A DNA stretch of 32,000 nt from Aquifex aeolicus VF5 (lineage in GTDB: Bacteria; Aquificota; Aquificia; Aquificales; Aquificaceae). Below the pieces are notes generated by a model. The model saw only the letters and a list, made by a program, of their open reading frames with translations. It made no database searches and had not been told where the DNA came from. Shown one piece after another: positions 11,217-20,483 of this stretch. Every line of letters starts with the position of its first letter. The first letter of the stretch is position 1. Made by a program: the position numbers and the translations under genes. The stretch is from the NCBI RefSeq assembly GCF_000008625.1, contig NC_000918.1:1200001-1232000 (forward strand). Direction: 5' to 3'.

Positions 11217-12377
11217 TCACGATTTTACGTCCGAGCAGAAGAGTTTTCTCAGCAAAATCGTCGCATAACTGCCCGGAGGCAACGTAAAAGAGAGTTTCAG
11301 ACTGTTTTTTCTTTCTTCAATTACTTTTAGACCTTGAGGTTTGAAGAAGGCTTTTCTCACACCGTCCGAAAAGAGTTTTATCCCTATCCTTTCCGCCATA
11401 AGCATTTTTGGAGTTATCCCCTCGTCTTGCAGGACTTCCTTCATTACTATCTCGGCTTTTTTGTTCCGAGGTTTGTACTCCACACCCAGATAAGGTATTT
11501 CTAAATCTTTAATCTCTTCCCATATGACTTCGCTCATATCGTTGAAAAAAGCGAGTTCCCACTTGAGAAAGGGTGTTTTGCAGTACTTTAAGTACCTAAC
11601 CACAAAGGTGTAGAGGTACCTGTTCCACAGGTAACTCTGGTATGCAAAAACGAACATAAGCCTTATGTTTTTCGGCAGTACCATGAAGGCGTTTTTAAAA
11701 CTCTCTCCCCTTCTCAGGGCTTTTACTACCTCGAGTTCCGGTTTTGCACCTTTTGGCATGAGGCTGAGGAATCTGTCCCAGTCCCTCCAAGCTTTTCTCA
11801 GAAGCCTCTTTAGTCTTTTATCCCCGAGGGAGGTGAGGTACTCCTTCATTGCTTCTTCGTACTCGTGCCTCAGGAGGTACTTGACTATAAACTCCTCCGC
11901 GTGTTTTACAGAACCGAACCTCTGCTCACCGAAGTAGTTCTCACACCCATAGTTTTCAACGAGCTCCTTCATACGAGGAAAGACTCTTCTGTGGTACTTC
12001 GTTACACCTCTCACCACCACCTCGAAGTAATTCCCTTCTATTTCCCCCAGCTCAAGCCCTTTATCGGAAAAACCGAGGAACTTAAGCTCGAGGTTCTCAG
12101 TTCTGTAGCCGTCCATTTTACGAATTTTTTCTTCGTTTAAGTCTTTTACAGATATGTACTGCTCTGTTACAGCCTTTTTGTCTTTAAGTCCGGCAAAACC
12201 AATGTTTTTTAAAGGTATTCCGAAGCGATGAGATATGTGCCTTACGGCATCGAGCGTTGTCATGTCCTTCTTCTTCAGGAGAAAGTACGCGTACTGTCCC
12301 TTTTCTTTTAAGTCGAGTTTTTTGATTTCCTTTACGTAGAATTCCTCGGGTTTTTCCTTTATCCTTATATCCATCAC
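11217..12377 (-). CDS. truD: tRNA pseudouridine synthase D
   Basis: IGFAGLKDKKAVTEQY catalytic motif and KFFGSVK/ YFGEQRFG-type region; GTG at 12377 with an ATG immediately after at 12374. Confidence 0.92.
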   Translation of the reverse strand: MMDIRIKEKPEEFYVKEIKKLDLKEKGQYAYFLLKKKDMTTLDAVRHISHRFGIPLKNIGFAGLKDKKAVTEQYISVKDLNEEKIRKMDGYRTENLELKFLGFSDKGLELGEIEGNYFEVVVRGVTKYHRRVFPRMKELVENYGCENYFGEQRFGSVKHAEEFIVKYLLRHEYEEAMKEYLTSLGDKRLKRLLRKAWRDWDRFLSLMPKGAKPELEVVKALRRGESFKNAFMVLPKNIRLMFVFAYQSYLWNRYLYTFVVRYLKYCKTPFLKWELAFFNDMSEVIWEEIKDLEIPYLGVEYKPRNKKAEIVMKEVLQDEGITPKMLMAERIGIKLFSDGVRKAFFKPQGLKVIEERKNSLKLSFTLPPGSYATILLRKLFCSDVKS

Positions 12378-12398
12378 TAAGATTAAAATACCTTTTTT

Positions 12399-13439
12399 AT
12401 GAAAATTCCCATTATTGGTCTGGAGTTTTCCGAAGAGGAGAAAAAAGCACTGACGGAAATCCTTGAGAGTAAGCGCATAACGAGAGACGGATGGACGGAT
12501 ACCTTTCAGGAGGCGTTTGCCGAGTTTTTGAACGTTAAATACTGTGCAACAGTCTGTTCTGGGACTGTGGCGCTCTTTATTGGTCTAAAAGCTCTCGGCA
12601 TCAGGAACGGAGAGAAGGTTGTAATACCCGCTATGAGCTTTATGGCTACTATTGACGCGGTTCTGCTCGCGGGGGGAATACCAGTAGTCGTTGACGTTGA
12701 CGAGTACTACACTATGGACGTCAACCAGCTGGAAGACGCGGTAAAGAAGTACAGACCGAGGGTAGTAATTCCCGTTCACCTTTACGGTCAACCTGCGGAC
12801 ATGGAAAATATTATGTTTTTAGCGGACAGGTACGGGTTTTTTGTATTAGAGGACTGCGCTCAGGCTCACGGTGCGGAGTTCAAGGGCAAAAAAGTAGGAG
12901 CGTGGGGACACCTTTCTGCCTTCAGCTTTTACGCTTCAAAAAACGTGCCGATGGGAGAGGGTGGAGCTTTAACAACAAACGACGAAAGCCTTTTTAAAGA
13001 AGTTAAGAAGTGGATAGACTTCGGAGAACACCCCGCTTTTAACGTGAAAATTACGGAATTTCAGGCAGCCATAGGAACGCTACAACTCCGAAAGTTAAAA
13101 GAGAGAAACGAAAGGAGGAGGAACATAGCAAGGATTTACACGGAAAACCTAAAGGGCTTGTGTGAGGTTCCGGAAGAAAGGGAAGGTGCTTACCACGTTT
13201 ACCACCTGTATACTTTAAGACACAAAGAAAGGGATAGATTGGTTGAGCACTTGAGAAGTAAGGGAATAGACGCGAGGGTTTATTACACTTACCTCCTTCA
13301 CGAACTCAGGAACGCGGAAGCTCTTCCCACCCCGAAGGCAGAAAGGTTCAAAAGAGAAGTTTTTTCAATACCAGTTCACCCTTTCTTGAAGGAGGAAGAA
13401 GTTCTCTACATAATAGAGAGTTTGAAAGAGGTTCTGTAA
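12399..13439 (+). CDS. DegT/DnrJ/EryC1/StrS family PLP-dependent aminotransferase
   Basis: VCSGTVALFIGLKALGI, VIPAMSFMATIDAV, EDCAQAHGA, SFYASKNVPMGEGGAL (PLP lysine). Confidence 0.9.
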   Translation: MKIPIIGLEFSEEEKKALTEILESKRITRDGWTDTFQEAFAEFLNVKYCATVCSGTVALFIGLKALGIRNGEKVVIPAMSFMATIDAVLLAGGIPVVVDVDEYYTMDVNQLEDAVKKYRPRVVIPVHLYGQPADMENIMFLADRYGFFVLEDCAQAHGAEFKGKKVGAWGHLSAFSFYASKNVPMGEGGALTTNDESLFKEVKKWIDFGEHPAFNVKITEFQAAIGTLQLRKLKERNERRRNIARIYTENLKGLCEVPEEREGAYHVYHLYTLRHKERDRLVEHLRSKGIDARVYYTYLLHELRNAEALPTPKAERFKREVFSIPVHPFLKEEEVLYIIESLKEVL

Positions 13440-13457
13440 AAAATATCTTTAATTATC

Positions 13458-15260
13458 ATGGAGCAAAAGAACGTAAGGAATTTCTGCATAATAGCACACG
13501 TTGACCACGGAAAGAGCACACTCGCGGACAGGCTCCTTGAATACACAGGAGCGATAAGCGAGAGGGAAAAGAGGGAACAGTTACTCGACACTTTGGACGT
13601 TGAGAGGGAGAGGGGTATCACCGTAAAGATGCAGGCGGTGAGAATGTTTTACAAGGCAAAGGACGGAAATACTTACAAACTACATCTCATAGACACTCCG
13701 GGACACGTTGATTTTTCTTATGAGGTTTCCAGGGCTCTCGCCGCATGTGAAGGAGCACTCCTTTTAATAGACGCCTCTCAGGGAATAGAGGCGCAGACGG
13801 TTGCAAACTTCTGGAAGGCGGTTGAACAGGATTTGGTGATAATCCCCGTAATAAACAAGATAGACCTCCCTTCCGCGGACGTAGACAGAGTAAAAAAACA
13901 AATAGAGGAGGTTCTCGGACTAGACCCCGAAGAGGCTATACTCGCCTCCGCAAAGGAAGGGATAGGTATAGAGGAAATCCTTGAGGCTATTGTGAACAGA
14001 ATTCCGCCGCCTAAAGGCGACCCCCAAAAACCCCTAAAGGCTCTGATATTTGACTCTTACTACGACCCTTACAGGGGAGCGGTGGCCTTTGTTAGGATTT
14101 TCGACGGAGAGGTAAAGCCCGGCGACAAGATAATGCTGATGTCCACGGGAAAGGAGTACGAAGTCACGGAAGTGGGTGCTCAAACACCTAAAATGACGAA
14201 GTTTGACAAGCTAAGTGCGGGGGACGTAGGGTACATAGCCGCTTCCATAAAGGACGTCAGGGATATAAGAATAGGTGACACCATCACCCACGCTAAGAAC
14301 CCGACGAAGGAACCTGTACCCGGATTTCAGCCTGCAAAGCCCATGGTTTACGCGGGAATTTACCCCGCTGAAGATACAACTTACGAGGAACTCAGGGACG
14401 CCCTTGAAAAGTATGCGATTAACGACGCTGCGATAGTTTACGAACCCGAAAGTTCTCCCGCCCTCGGAATGGGTTTCAGAGTAGGATTTCTGGGACTCCT
14501 GCACATGGAAATAGTTCAGGAGAGACTTGAAAGAGAGTACGGAGTAAAAATCATAACGACGGCTCCCAACGTCATTTACAGGGTAAAGAAGAAGTTCACA
14601 GACGAAGTTATAGAGGTAAGAAACCCCATGGACTTTCCCGACAACGCTGGACTCATAGAGTACGTAGAAGAACCCTTCGTTCTCGTCACGATAATAACTC
14701 CCAAGGAATACGTGGGACCAATAATACAGCTATGTCAGGAAAAGAGGGGAATTCAGAAGAATATGACTTATCTGGACCCAAACACCGTTTACCTTGAGTA
14801 CGAGATGCCCCTATCCGAGATAATCGTTGACTTTCACGACAAGATAAAGTCCATATCCAGAGGGTTTGCCTCCTACGACTACGAGTTTATAGGATACAGA
14901 CCTTCGGACCTCATAAAACTAACGGTTCTTATAAACAAAAAACCCGTGGACGCTCTTTCCTTCATAGTACACGCGGACAGGGCTCAGAAGTTCGCAAGGA
15001 GAGTTGCGGAAAAGCTGAGAGAAACAATCCCGAGACAGCTCTTTGAGGTTCACATCCAGGTGGCAAAGGGCGGAAAGGTAATAGCCTCGGAGAGGATAAA
15101 ACCCCTCAGGGCAAACGTTACGGCAAAGTGCTACGGCGGTGACGTCACGAGGAAGAAGAAACTCCTTGAAAACCAGAAGGAAGGTAAGAAGAGGATGAAA
15201 CAGTTTGGAAAGGTCCAACTCCCCCAGGAAGCCTTCTTAAGTGTCCTTAAGGTTGAATAA
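13458..15260 (+). CDS. lepA: Elongation factor 4 (LepA)
   Basis: [43 protein letters not shown], and C-terminal region of LepA; 600 aa. Confidence 0.97.
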   Translation: MEQKNVRNFCIIAHVDHGKSTLADRLLEYTGAISEREKREQLLDTLDVERERGITVKMQAVRMFYKAKDGNTYKLHLIDTPGHVDFSYEVSRALAACEGALLLIDASQGIEAQTVANFWKAVEQDLVIIPVINKIDLPSADVDRVKKQIEEVLGLDPEEAILASAKEGIGIEEILEAIVNRIPPPKGDPQKPLKALIFDSYYDPYRGAVAFVRIFDGEVKPGDKIMLMSTGKEYEVTEVGAQTPKMTKFDKLSAGDVGYIAASIKDVRDIRIGDTITHAKNPTKEPVPGFQPAKPMVYAGIYPAEDTTYEELRDALEKYAINDAAIVYEPESSPALGMGFRVGFLGLLHMEIVQERLEREYGVKIITTAPNVIYRVKKKFTDEVIEVRNPMDFPDNAGLIEYVEEPFVLVTIITPKEYVGPIIQLCQEKRGIQKNMTYLDPNTVYLEYEMPLSEIIVDFHDKIKSISRGFASYDYEFIGYRPSDLIKLTVLINKKPVDALSFIVHADRAQKFARRVAEKLRETIPRQLFEVHIQVAKGGKVIASERIKPLRANVTAKCYGGDVTRKKKLLENQKEGKKRMKQFGKVQLPQEAFLSVLKVE

Positions 15261-16169
15261 CTCCTTTGCCTTTACCATTTTCGTTATAAACTCGTTTGTA
15301 GGCGTCGAAACACCATATTTTTTTCCAAGCTCTACTATGGCTCCATTAAGGGCTTCTATCTCGGTTTTGCCCTTTTTTACGTCTTCAAGCATTGAAGGGT
15401 AGTGCTCCGCAGTGGGAGGGATTAACTTCTCGTAAAAAACCTTCTTGTACTCATCGGCACTTTTCCAGAAACAGGGCAGTTTAGCCTTTTCTATAACCTG
15501 AAAAATTTCATCTATAACCCTGTTCATTAACTCTTTCGTGTGAGGATTTTCCGCAAGGCTTCCGTAGTTTACTTCAAAAAGCGCACCTAAGGGATTCAGA
15601 GCACTGTTGTATATTATCTTGTCCACCAAGTACTTGTACACGTCTCTCTCGTACCTCGTTGGTATTCCCGCCTCCGTAAAAGTTCGGGCTAAATTCTTTA
15701 GAAACTCTTCATCTATCTTTCCCGAAGGGTCTCCTATTACTACCTCGTCCGCACTCACGGTTATCCTTATGTGTCCCGGTTTTATAACTTTTGAACCGAA
15801 TATTATTCTGGAAAGTATTACCTTTCCCTCGCCGTAAATTTCCACAGCTTTCTCGTAATTTCCGTATCCGTTCTGGGCAATCATTATGAAAGTATTTTCG
15901 CCGACTACGGGCTTTACTTTTTTGAGTGCCTCCTCCGTGTCGTAAGACTTTACTGAGATTATAACTATATCGGGAATAAAAGGTACTTCCTCAACTTTTG
16001 TAAAAGTTTTTACTGGAATTTCAAACTCTCCCCATATGCCCTCAACCTTTATCCTGTTTACCGGATTTCTCCTTACGAGTCCCGCCGCTTCGTGTCCCGC
16101 TCTCGTTAAAAAGGCCAGATACGCGCTCCCTATTGCCCCTACGCCCACTATTAGGAACTTCATCACCAT
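15237..16169 (-). CDS. panE: 2-dehydropantoate 2-reductase family protein (PanE/ApbA)
   Basis: [25 protein letters not shown] Rossmann motif, [23 protein letters not shown] motif of the ketopantoate reductase family. Confidence 0.8.
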   Translation of the reverse strand: MVMKFLIVGVGAIGSAYLAFLTRAGHEAAGLVRRNPVNRIKVEGIWGEFEIPVKTFTKVEEVPFIPDIVIISVKSYDTEEALKKVKPVVGENTFIMIAQNGYGNYEKAVEIYGEGKVILSRIIFGSKVIKPGHIRITVSADEVVIGDPSGKIDEEFLKNLARTFTEAGIPTRYERDVYKYLVDKIIYNSALNPLGALFEVNYGSLAENPHTKELMNRVIDEIFQVIEKAKLPCFWKSADEYKKVFYEKLIPPTAEHYPSMLEDVKKGKTEIEALNGAIVELGKKYGVSTPTNEFITKMVKAKELFNLKDT

Positions 16170-16507
16170 ACGAAAACGTGGTCCGCTTCCTGAATGAGCT
16201 TCTTCACTTCTTCGGAATTGATTATCTTAACGTTTTCCACCGCGAGGTTTGACTTTGTTATTCCCCTCTCATGGAGGGACTCTTCTTCGGCAACAAGGGT
16301 AAGGTTTATAAACTCTACGGTTTCCCAGAACTTCTCAAAACTTGCAATTCCGAGCTTTTCGGGTTCCCACTTGGTAAGCGTGTAAACGCCGTCCCTGATG
16401 CAGATAAAGTAAGTCTCGTTACTTATCCCCATAGCTGTTGCAACTCTCAAGGCCTCATGGGCTTTCCAAGAAAAAGGGTCTCCTTTGAGTATGAATACGA
16501 TTTTCAT
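16163..16507 (-). CDS. DsrE/DsrF-like small protein
   Basis: MKIVFILKGDPFSWKAHEALRVATAMG..., 114 aa; alpha/beta fold pattern resembling the DsrE/TusC group; chained to neighbours by short overlaps. Confidence 0.6.
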   Translation of the reverse strand: MKIVFILKGDPFSWKAHEALRVATAMGISNETYFICIRDGVYTLTKWEPEKLGIASFEKFWETVEFINLTLVAEEESLHERGITKSNLAVENVKIINSEEVKKLIQEADHVFVW

Positions 16508-16614
16508 GACTTTGCCTTCCCTTCAGGCTTTTTAACTCCCGAAAGAAGGATATAACTAAGCCCGACTAGAAAGAGAAAGAGAATTATTACTGCTATTACA
16601 AGGTCGTAGTTCAT
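16504..16614 (-). CDS. 36-aa single-pass membrane microprotein (start revised from the ORF track)
   Basis: MNYDLVIAVIILFLFLVGLSYILLSGVKKPEGKAKS; ATG at 16614 is preceded by SD AGGAGG and overlaps the upstream stop in an ATGA arrangement; the track start at 16695 lies inside the upstream gene. Confidence 0.6.
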   Translation of the reverse strand: MNYDLVIAVIILFLFLVGLSYILLSGVKKPEGKAKS

Positions 16615-16811
16615 TCTGTAAACCTCCTGCCATATAAGTAAGATAGTATCACCGCAAGCACTGTGAACATAAAACCACTCATAAATAAAATCCAACTTTC
16701 CGATTTACTTTGGAGCACAAATCCAACAAAAGAAGATACATAGCTACCTATAGCAACACCTTTAGTTATGTCAACTAATGCTTTAAAACTTTCCTTTTTA
16801 CCTTTGTTCAT
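16611..16811 (-). CDS. Small membrane protein, hypothetical (66 aa, two hydrophobic segments)
   Basis: ORF with GVAIGSYVSSFVGFVLQ and WILFMSGFMFTVLAVILSYLYG hydrophobic stretches; tight spacing to both neighbours. Confidence 0.6.
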   Translation of the reverse strand: MNKGKKESFKALVDITKGVAIGSYVSSFVGFVLQSKSESWILFMSGFMFTVLAVILSYLYGRRFTE

Positions 16812-16817
16812 TTAACT

Positions 16818-17123
16818 TCAGTTAAAACATATCGTCTTATCAAAATCCTTCATCATCTGGGAAAGGGAGTAAGTGGAACTGCTTTCCGCCCATTCGGGAA
16901 ATTCCTTTACTCCCCTCTGGTGTGCCGCGTGTGAACAGAACATCACTCTAGCTCCGAAATTTTTAAGCTCTTCCGCATCTGGTCTGAGAAGGTAGTAAAC
17001 GCCGTTTCCGGAAAGAAAAATAGTGACCTCGTGCCCGCTCTCACAGAGGTATTTGGTTAAGTTCCTGATCGTGTTGTAGTCCTTTGCAAAGGGAACGCTC
17101 GTTATGAATAGGAGTATTTTCAT
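16818..17123 (-). CDS. DsrE family-like protein
   Basis: MKILLFITSVPFAKDYNTIRNLTKYLCESGHEVTIFLSGNGVYYLLR... typical DsrE-family N-terminus; 4-nt overlap with the TusA-like gene. Confidence 0.7.
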   Translation of the reverse strand: MKILLFITSVPFAKDYNTIRNLTKYLCESGHEVTIFLSGNGVYYLLRPDAEELKNFGARVMFCSHAAHQRGVKEFPEWAESSSTYSLSQMMKDFDKTICFN

Positions 17124-17359
17124 TTCACTTTCTTAATTATAATCTCCCAGAGGTTTTCACCTATCTGGTTCACCGCTATTACTTCCTGCCCCTCTTCCCT
17201 CATGCTTTTGGGAACGCTTTCCGCGGAAGGGGGGTAATCCACGAGAACCCTCAGGATTTGTCCCGTTTCCATTTCTTCCAAGGCGAGTTTACTCTTCACG
17301 AAGGTAAAGGGGCATACCTCACCCCTTATGTCAAGCTCTTTGTCAACCTTCACGTCCAT
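17120..17359 (-). CDS. TusA/SirA family sulfur-carrier protein
   Basis: LDIRGEVCPFTFVKSKLALEEMETGQILRVLVDYPPS; CPxx active-site cysteine motif and size (79 aa). Confidence 0.88.
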   Translation of the reverse strand: MDVKVDKELDIRGEVCPFTFVKSKLALEEMETGQILRVLVDYPPSAESVPKSMREEGQEVIAVNQIGENLWEIIIKKVK

Positions 17360-17399
17360 AACTCTTAAATTTAAACCCCTTCGTTTAAAATAATCAATT

Positions 17400-19727
17400 A
17401 TGAAAGTTCCCTACTCATGGCTCTCCGAATTCGTAGAACTCAGCGACGTATCCCCCGAAGAGATAGCCGAAAAACTCTCACTTAGGAGCGTAGAGGCAAC
17501 GGTTGAAACCTTCGGGATAGACCTTGACGGTGTGGTTTTCGGAAAGGTGGTTGAGGTAAAGGAACATCCTACCAAAAAAAAGCTTGCTGTGGTAAAGGTT
17601 CAGGTTCAGGAGCACATTTTTATAGACGTCGTTACCGTGGACAAAAGTGTAAGGGAAGGAGATGGAGTAATTGTAGCCCTTCCAAACGCAAAAGTCGGGA
17701 ATATGTGCGTTACCGAGAGGGAGTTTGACGGGGTAGTTTCTAAAGGACTCCTTCTCTCCGCTCAGGAACTCGGACTTGAAGAGAAAAGCGAAGGTGTTTT
17801 AAAAATTCACGAGGACTTCAAGCCCGGAACTGACGCAAATGAAATTCTGGGCTTTGGAGAAAAAATAATAGAGATAGACATAACGCCAAACAGGGGGGAT
17901 ATGCTCTCGGTGAGGGGAGTGGCAAGGGACTTAAGCGCCATATTCAGGCTTCCCAAGAAAAAACCCGAAGAACCGACTTACGAAGAGACGGGGGAGTTCT
18001 TCATAGAGATAGAAGACGAAGATTGCAAACGCTACAGGGGTGTCGTAATAGAAGGTGTTGAGATAAAGGAATCCCCGCTTTACATAAAGAAAAGACTCTG
18101 GCAGTGCGGTATAAAGAGCATTAACAACGTGGTTGACATAACGAATTACGTAATGCTGAGGGACGGACAGCCCTTACATGCCTTTGACCTCTCAAAAGTT
18201 GAAGGCGGGATAATTGTGAGGAGTGCTAAAAAAGGGGAGAAGATAATAACCCTTGACGGTGAAGAAAGGGAACTGGACGAGGATATACTTGTAATAGCGG
18301 ACAGGGAAAAGCCCCTCGCCGTTGCGGGAGTAATAGGAGGGCTTGAGAGCGGTATTAAGGAAAACACGAAAGACATCCTACTTGAGAGTGCCTACTTCAA
18401 CCCCTTCAGGGTGAGAAAAGCCTCTAAGAAACTCGGAATTCAGACAGAAAGCTCTTACAGGTTTGAGAGGAACGTAGATATAGAAAGGGTAGACAGGGCA
18501 CAGGATTACGCGGTTTACCTGATACTCAAGCACGCGGGCGGAAAGGTCAAAGTAGTAAAGGACGTGTACAGGGAAAAGTACAAGCCCAAAAAGGTGTTCC
18601 TACCTCAGGGAAAGTACATAAGGTATGCAGGAGAATCATACAAAAACGAAGAAGTGAAGGAAATCTTAGACGCTTTGGAAATCCCGAACGAGATAATGAG
18701 ATGCGGTGTAGAGGTTTTAGTTCCTTCTCACAGGAGCTTTGACATTCAGAGGGACGTGGACCTCATAGAGGAAATAATGAGGGTAAAAGGCTACGAACAC
18801 TACACTTCCGAAACACTCAAACTCCCCTCCATCGCAAACCTGTGGAAGGATAACTTACTTGAAGTAAAAAAATACCTCAGGGACAAAGGACTAACGGAGG
18901 TCATCAACTTTTCTTTTGAGGACTCAAAACTCTACGAACTCCTGAATCTTCCTCTTCCGGAACTCGAAGTCATAAACCCCCTCAACCCCACCCAGAGGTA
19001 CATGAGGAACACACTGATAACCTCACTCCTCAGAACAGCTGTTTACAACGACAGGAATTACAACTACGACCAGGCTGTATTTGAACTCGGAAAGGTCTTC
19101 TTCAAAGAGGGTGAAGAAAACAGGCTCGGAATACTCCTTAAAGGGAACAAGCCCAGAACCTTAAAAGAAGAAAAATGGGAGCCTTACGACCTTACGGAAA
19201 TAATAGCGGGAATTTTTGCATTGTTTGGGCTCGAGCCTGAATTCAGGAATGCAAAAAGGAACTTCCTCCACCCTTACGTTCAGGGAGAGGTTTACCTTGA
19301 GGGTGAATTCGTAGGGTTCTTCGGAAAGCTACACCCCAAAATCGCAAAGGAACTGGAACTAAAAGGCGAGCCCTTTGTAGCGGAAATAGAAATAGAAAGG
19401 GTTCTCTCCAAGAAGAGACTGCCCCACTACAGGGAAGTGGCCAAGTTCCCACCAGTTGTGAGGGATATCGCCCTCGTAATGGACAAAGAGCTTGATGTGA
19501 ATAAATTATTAATTGACACGAAATCGCAAATAGGTGAACTACTGGAAGAGGTAAGGGTTTTTGACGTTTACACGGGTGAAAAGGTAGGGGAAGGCAAGAA
19601 GAGCGTAGCTGTAAGACTCGTTTTAAGGAGTAAGACGGGTAGTCTCAAAGACGAGGAAGCGAACGAATTGGTGAATAAACTTGTTAATTATCTGAAAGAG
19701 AAGTACGGAGTTGAGCTTAGAACTTAA
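17400..19727 (+). CDS. pheT: Phenylalanyl-tRNA synthetase beta subunit
   Basis: MKVPYSWLSEFVELSD, VVDITNYVMLRDGQPLHAFDLSKV, full-length 775 aa with C-terminal FDX-ACB domain. Confidence 0.97.
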   Translation: MKVPYSWLSEFVELSDVSPEEIAEKLSLRSVEATVETFGIDLDGVVFGKVVEVKEHPTKKKLAVVKVQVQEHIFIDVVTVDKSVREGDGVIVALPNAKVGNMCVTEREFDGVVSKGLLLSAQELGLEEKSEGVLKIHEDFKPGTDANEILGFGEKIIEIDITPNRGDMLSVRGVARDLSAIFRLPKKKPEEPTYEETGEFFIEIEDEDCKRYRGVVIEGVEIKESPLYIKKRLWQCGIKSINNVVDITNYVMLRDGQPLHAFDLSKVEGGIIVRSAKKGEKIITLDGEERELDEDILVIADREKPLAVAGVIGGLESGIKENTKDILLESAYFNPFRVRKASKKLGIQTESSYRFERNVDIERVDRAQDYAVYLILKHAGGKVKVVKDVYREKYKPKKVFLPQGKYIRYAGESYKNEEVKEILDALEIPNEIMRCGVEVLVPSHRSFDIQRDVDLIEEIMRVKGYEHYTSETLKLPSIANLWKDNLLEVKKYLRDKGLTEVINFSFEDSKLYELLNLPLPELEVINPLNPTQRYMRNTLITSLLRTAVYNDRNYNYDQAVFELGKVFFKEGEENRLGILLKGNKPRTLKEEKWEPYDLTEIIAGIFALFGLEPEFRNAKRNFLHPYVQGEVYLEGEFVGFFGKLHPKIAKELELKGEPFVAEIEIERVLSKKRLPHYREVAKFPPVVRDIALVMDKELDVNKLLIDTKSQIGELLEEVRVFDVYTGEKVGEGKKSVAVRLVLRSKTGSLKDEEANELVNKLVNYLKEKYGVELRT

Positions 19728-19889
19728 GGTCTGCCCTGTTCGTGGTGCGGGGGTTGTCAATGGGGCCTACACCGTGGGTGTAAGGGAAGTCGACTTCGGG
19801 AACTCCGGAAGGATTCCCGAGGGACTTCCCACCTTAAAGCTCTGAGGCCCACGGCACTTCCTGCACTGCGGCAGGGCGGACACTCTTGC
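19728..19889 (+). ncRNA. ssrS: 6S RNA (SsrS-like), boundaries approximate
   Basis: Closing stem GTCTGCCCTG (19729-19738) pairs with CAGGGCGGAC (19872-19881, one G-U); long central arm GGGAAGTC(19784-19791)/GACTTCCC(19823-19830) continued by TCGGGAA/TTCCCGA; located directly upstream of a 5-formyl-THF cyclo-ligase gene, the classic ssrS-ygfA synteny. I recall an A. aeolicus 6S RNA being reported experimentally. Confidence 0.8.
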
Positions 19890-19920
19890 CTTCCCCTCCT
19901 GTAAAAGCAGGAGGCGGAAG
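19890..19920 (+). promoter_or_regulatory. Stable hairpin sequestering the SD of the cyclo-ligase gene
   Basis: CTTCCCCTCCTG (19890-19901) / loop TAAAAG / CAGGAGG C GGAAG (19908-19920): 12 bp with one bulged C; AGGAGG SD lies within the 3' arm, 8 nt before the TTG start at 19923. Confidence 0.6.
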
Positions 19921-19922
19921 AA

Positions 19923-20483
19923 TTGCTAAAAAGCGAATTAAGGAAAAAGGTTTTACATAAACGAATAAACTTATCTGAAGAAGAAAGGAGAAGGTTATCG
20001 GAAAAAGTAATAAGCAACCTGAAGAGTCTGCCCGAATTCAAAAAATCAAAGAAAGTAGCCCTCTACTGCCCCATAAAAGGCGAAGTTGACCTGACCCCCC
20101 TCTTTCCCGAAGTTCTCAAAGAAAAGGAGTTAATCCTACCGAAAGTAGAGGGAAACGAGATATCCCTCTACAGAGTTCACTCACCAGCGTGTCTCGGTGT
20201 TGGAGCTTTCGGAATAATGGAACCGGTTGAGGGAGAAAGAGTAAATCCCGAAGATGTGGATTTCATAGCCGTTCCCGGTGTTGCCTTTGACCTGGAAGGT
20301 TACAGACTAGGCTTTGGTAAGGGCTACTACGACAGACTTTTAAAAAGAGTAAAAGGCTTGAAGGTAGGCGTCGCCTACTCTTTTCAGGTATTTGAGCGTC
20401 TGCCCAGAGACGCTTGGGACATTCCCGTTGACGTTCTCGTCACAGAAAAAAACGTAAGGAGGTTGAGAGATGGACGTTCTTAG
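19923..20483 (+). CDS. 5-formyltetrahydrofolate cyclo-ligase (YgfA/FthC family)
   Basis: ELRKKVLHKRINLSEEERRRLSEK..., ILPKVEGNEISLYRV, VPGVAFDLEGYRLGFGKGYYDRLL motif; TTG start. Confidence 0.92.
   Translation: MLKSELRKKVLHKRINLSEEERRRLSEKVISNLKSLPEFKKSKKVALYCPIKGEVDLTPLFPEVLKEKELILPKVEGNEISLYRVHSPACLGVGAFGIMEPVEGERVNPEDVDFIAVPGVAFDLEGYRLGFGKGYYDRLLKRVKGLKVGVAYSFQVFERLPRDAWDIPVDVLVTEKNVRRLRDGRS

Noticed and set aside
15237-15260. Small dyad (CTTAAG…CTTAAG) near the lepA/panE-like overlap considered as a bidirectional terminator
   Set aside because: Stem is too short and AT-rich and has no flanking U-tract; not convincing as an intrinsic terminator at this organism's growth temperature.
16615-16695. 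N-terminal extension of the 36-aa microprotein ORF
   Set aside because: Overlaps the upstream coding gene and lacks an SD, whereas the internal ATG has a strong one.
19757-20041. 94-aa minus-strand ORF
   Set aside because: It is the antisense of the 6S-like RNA, the SD hairpin and the start of the cyclo-ligase gene; its sequence reflects RNA-structure GC bias, not a protein family.
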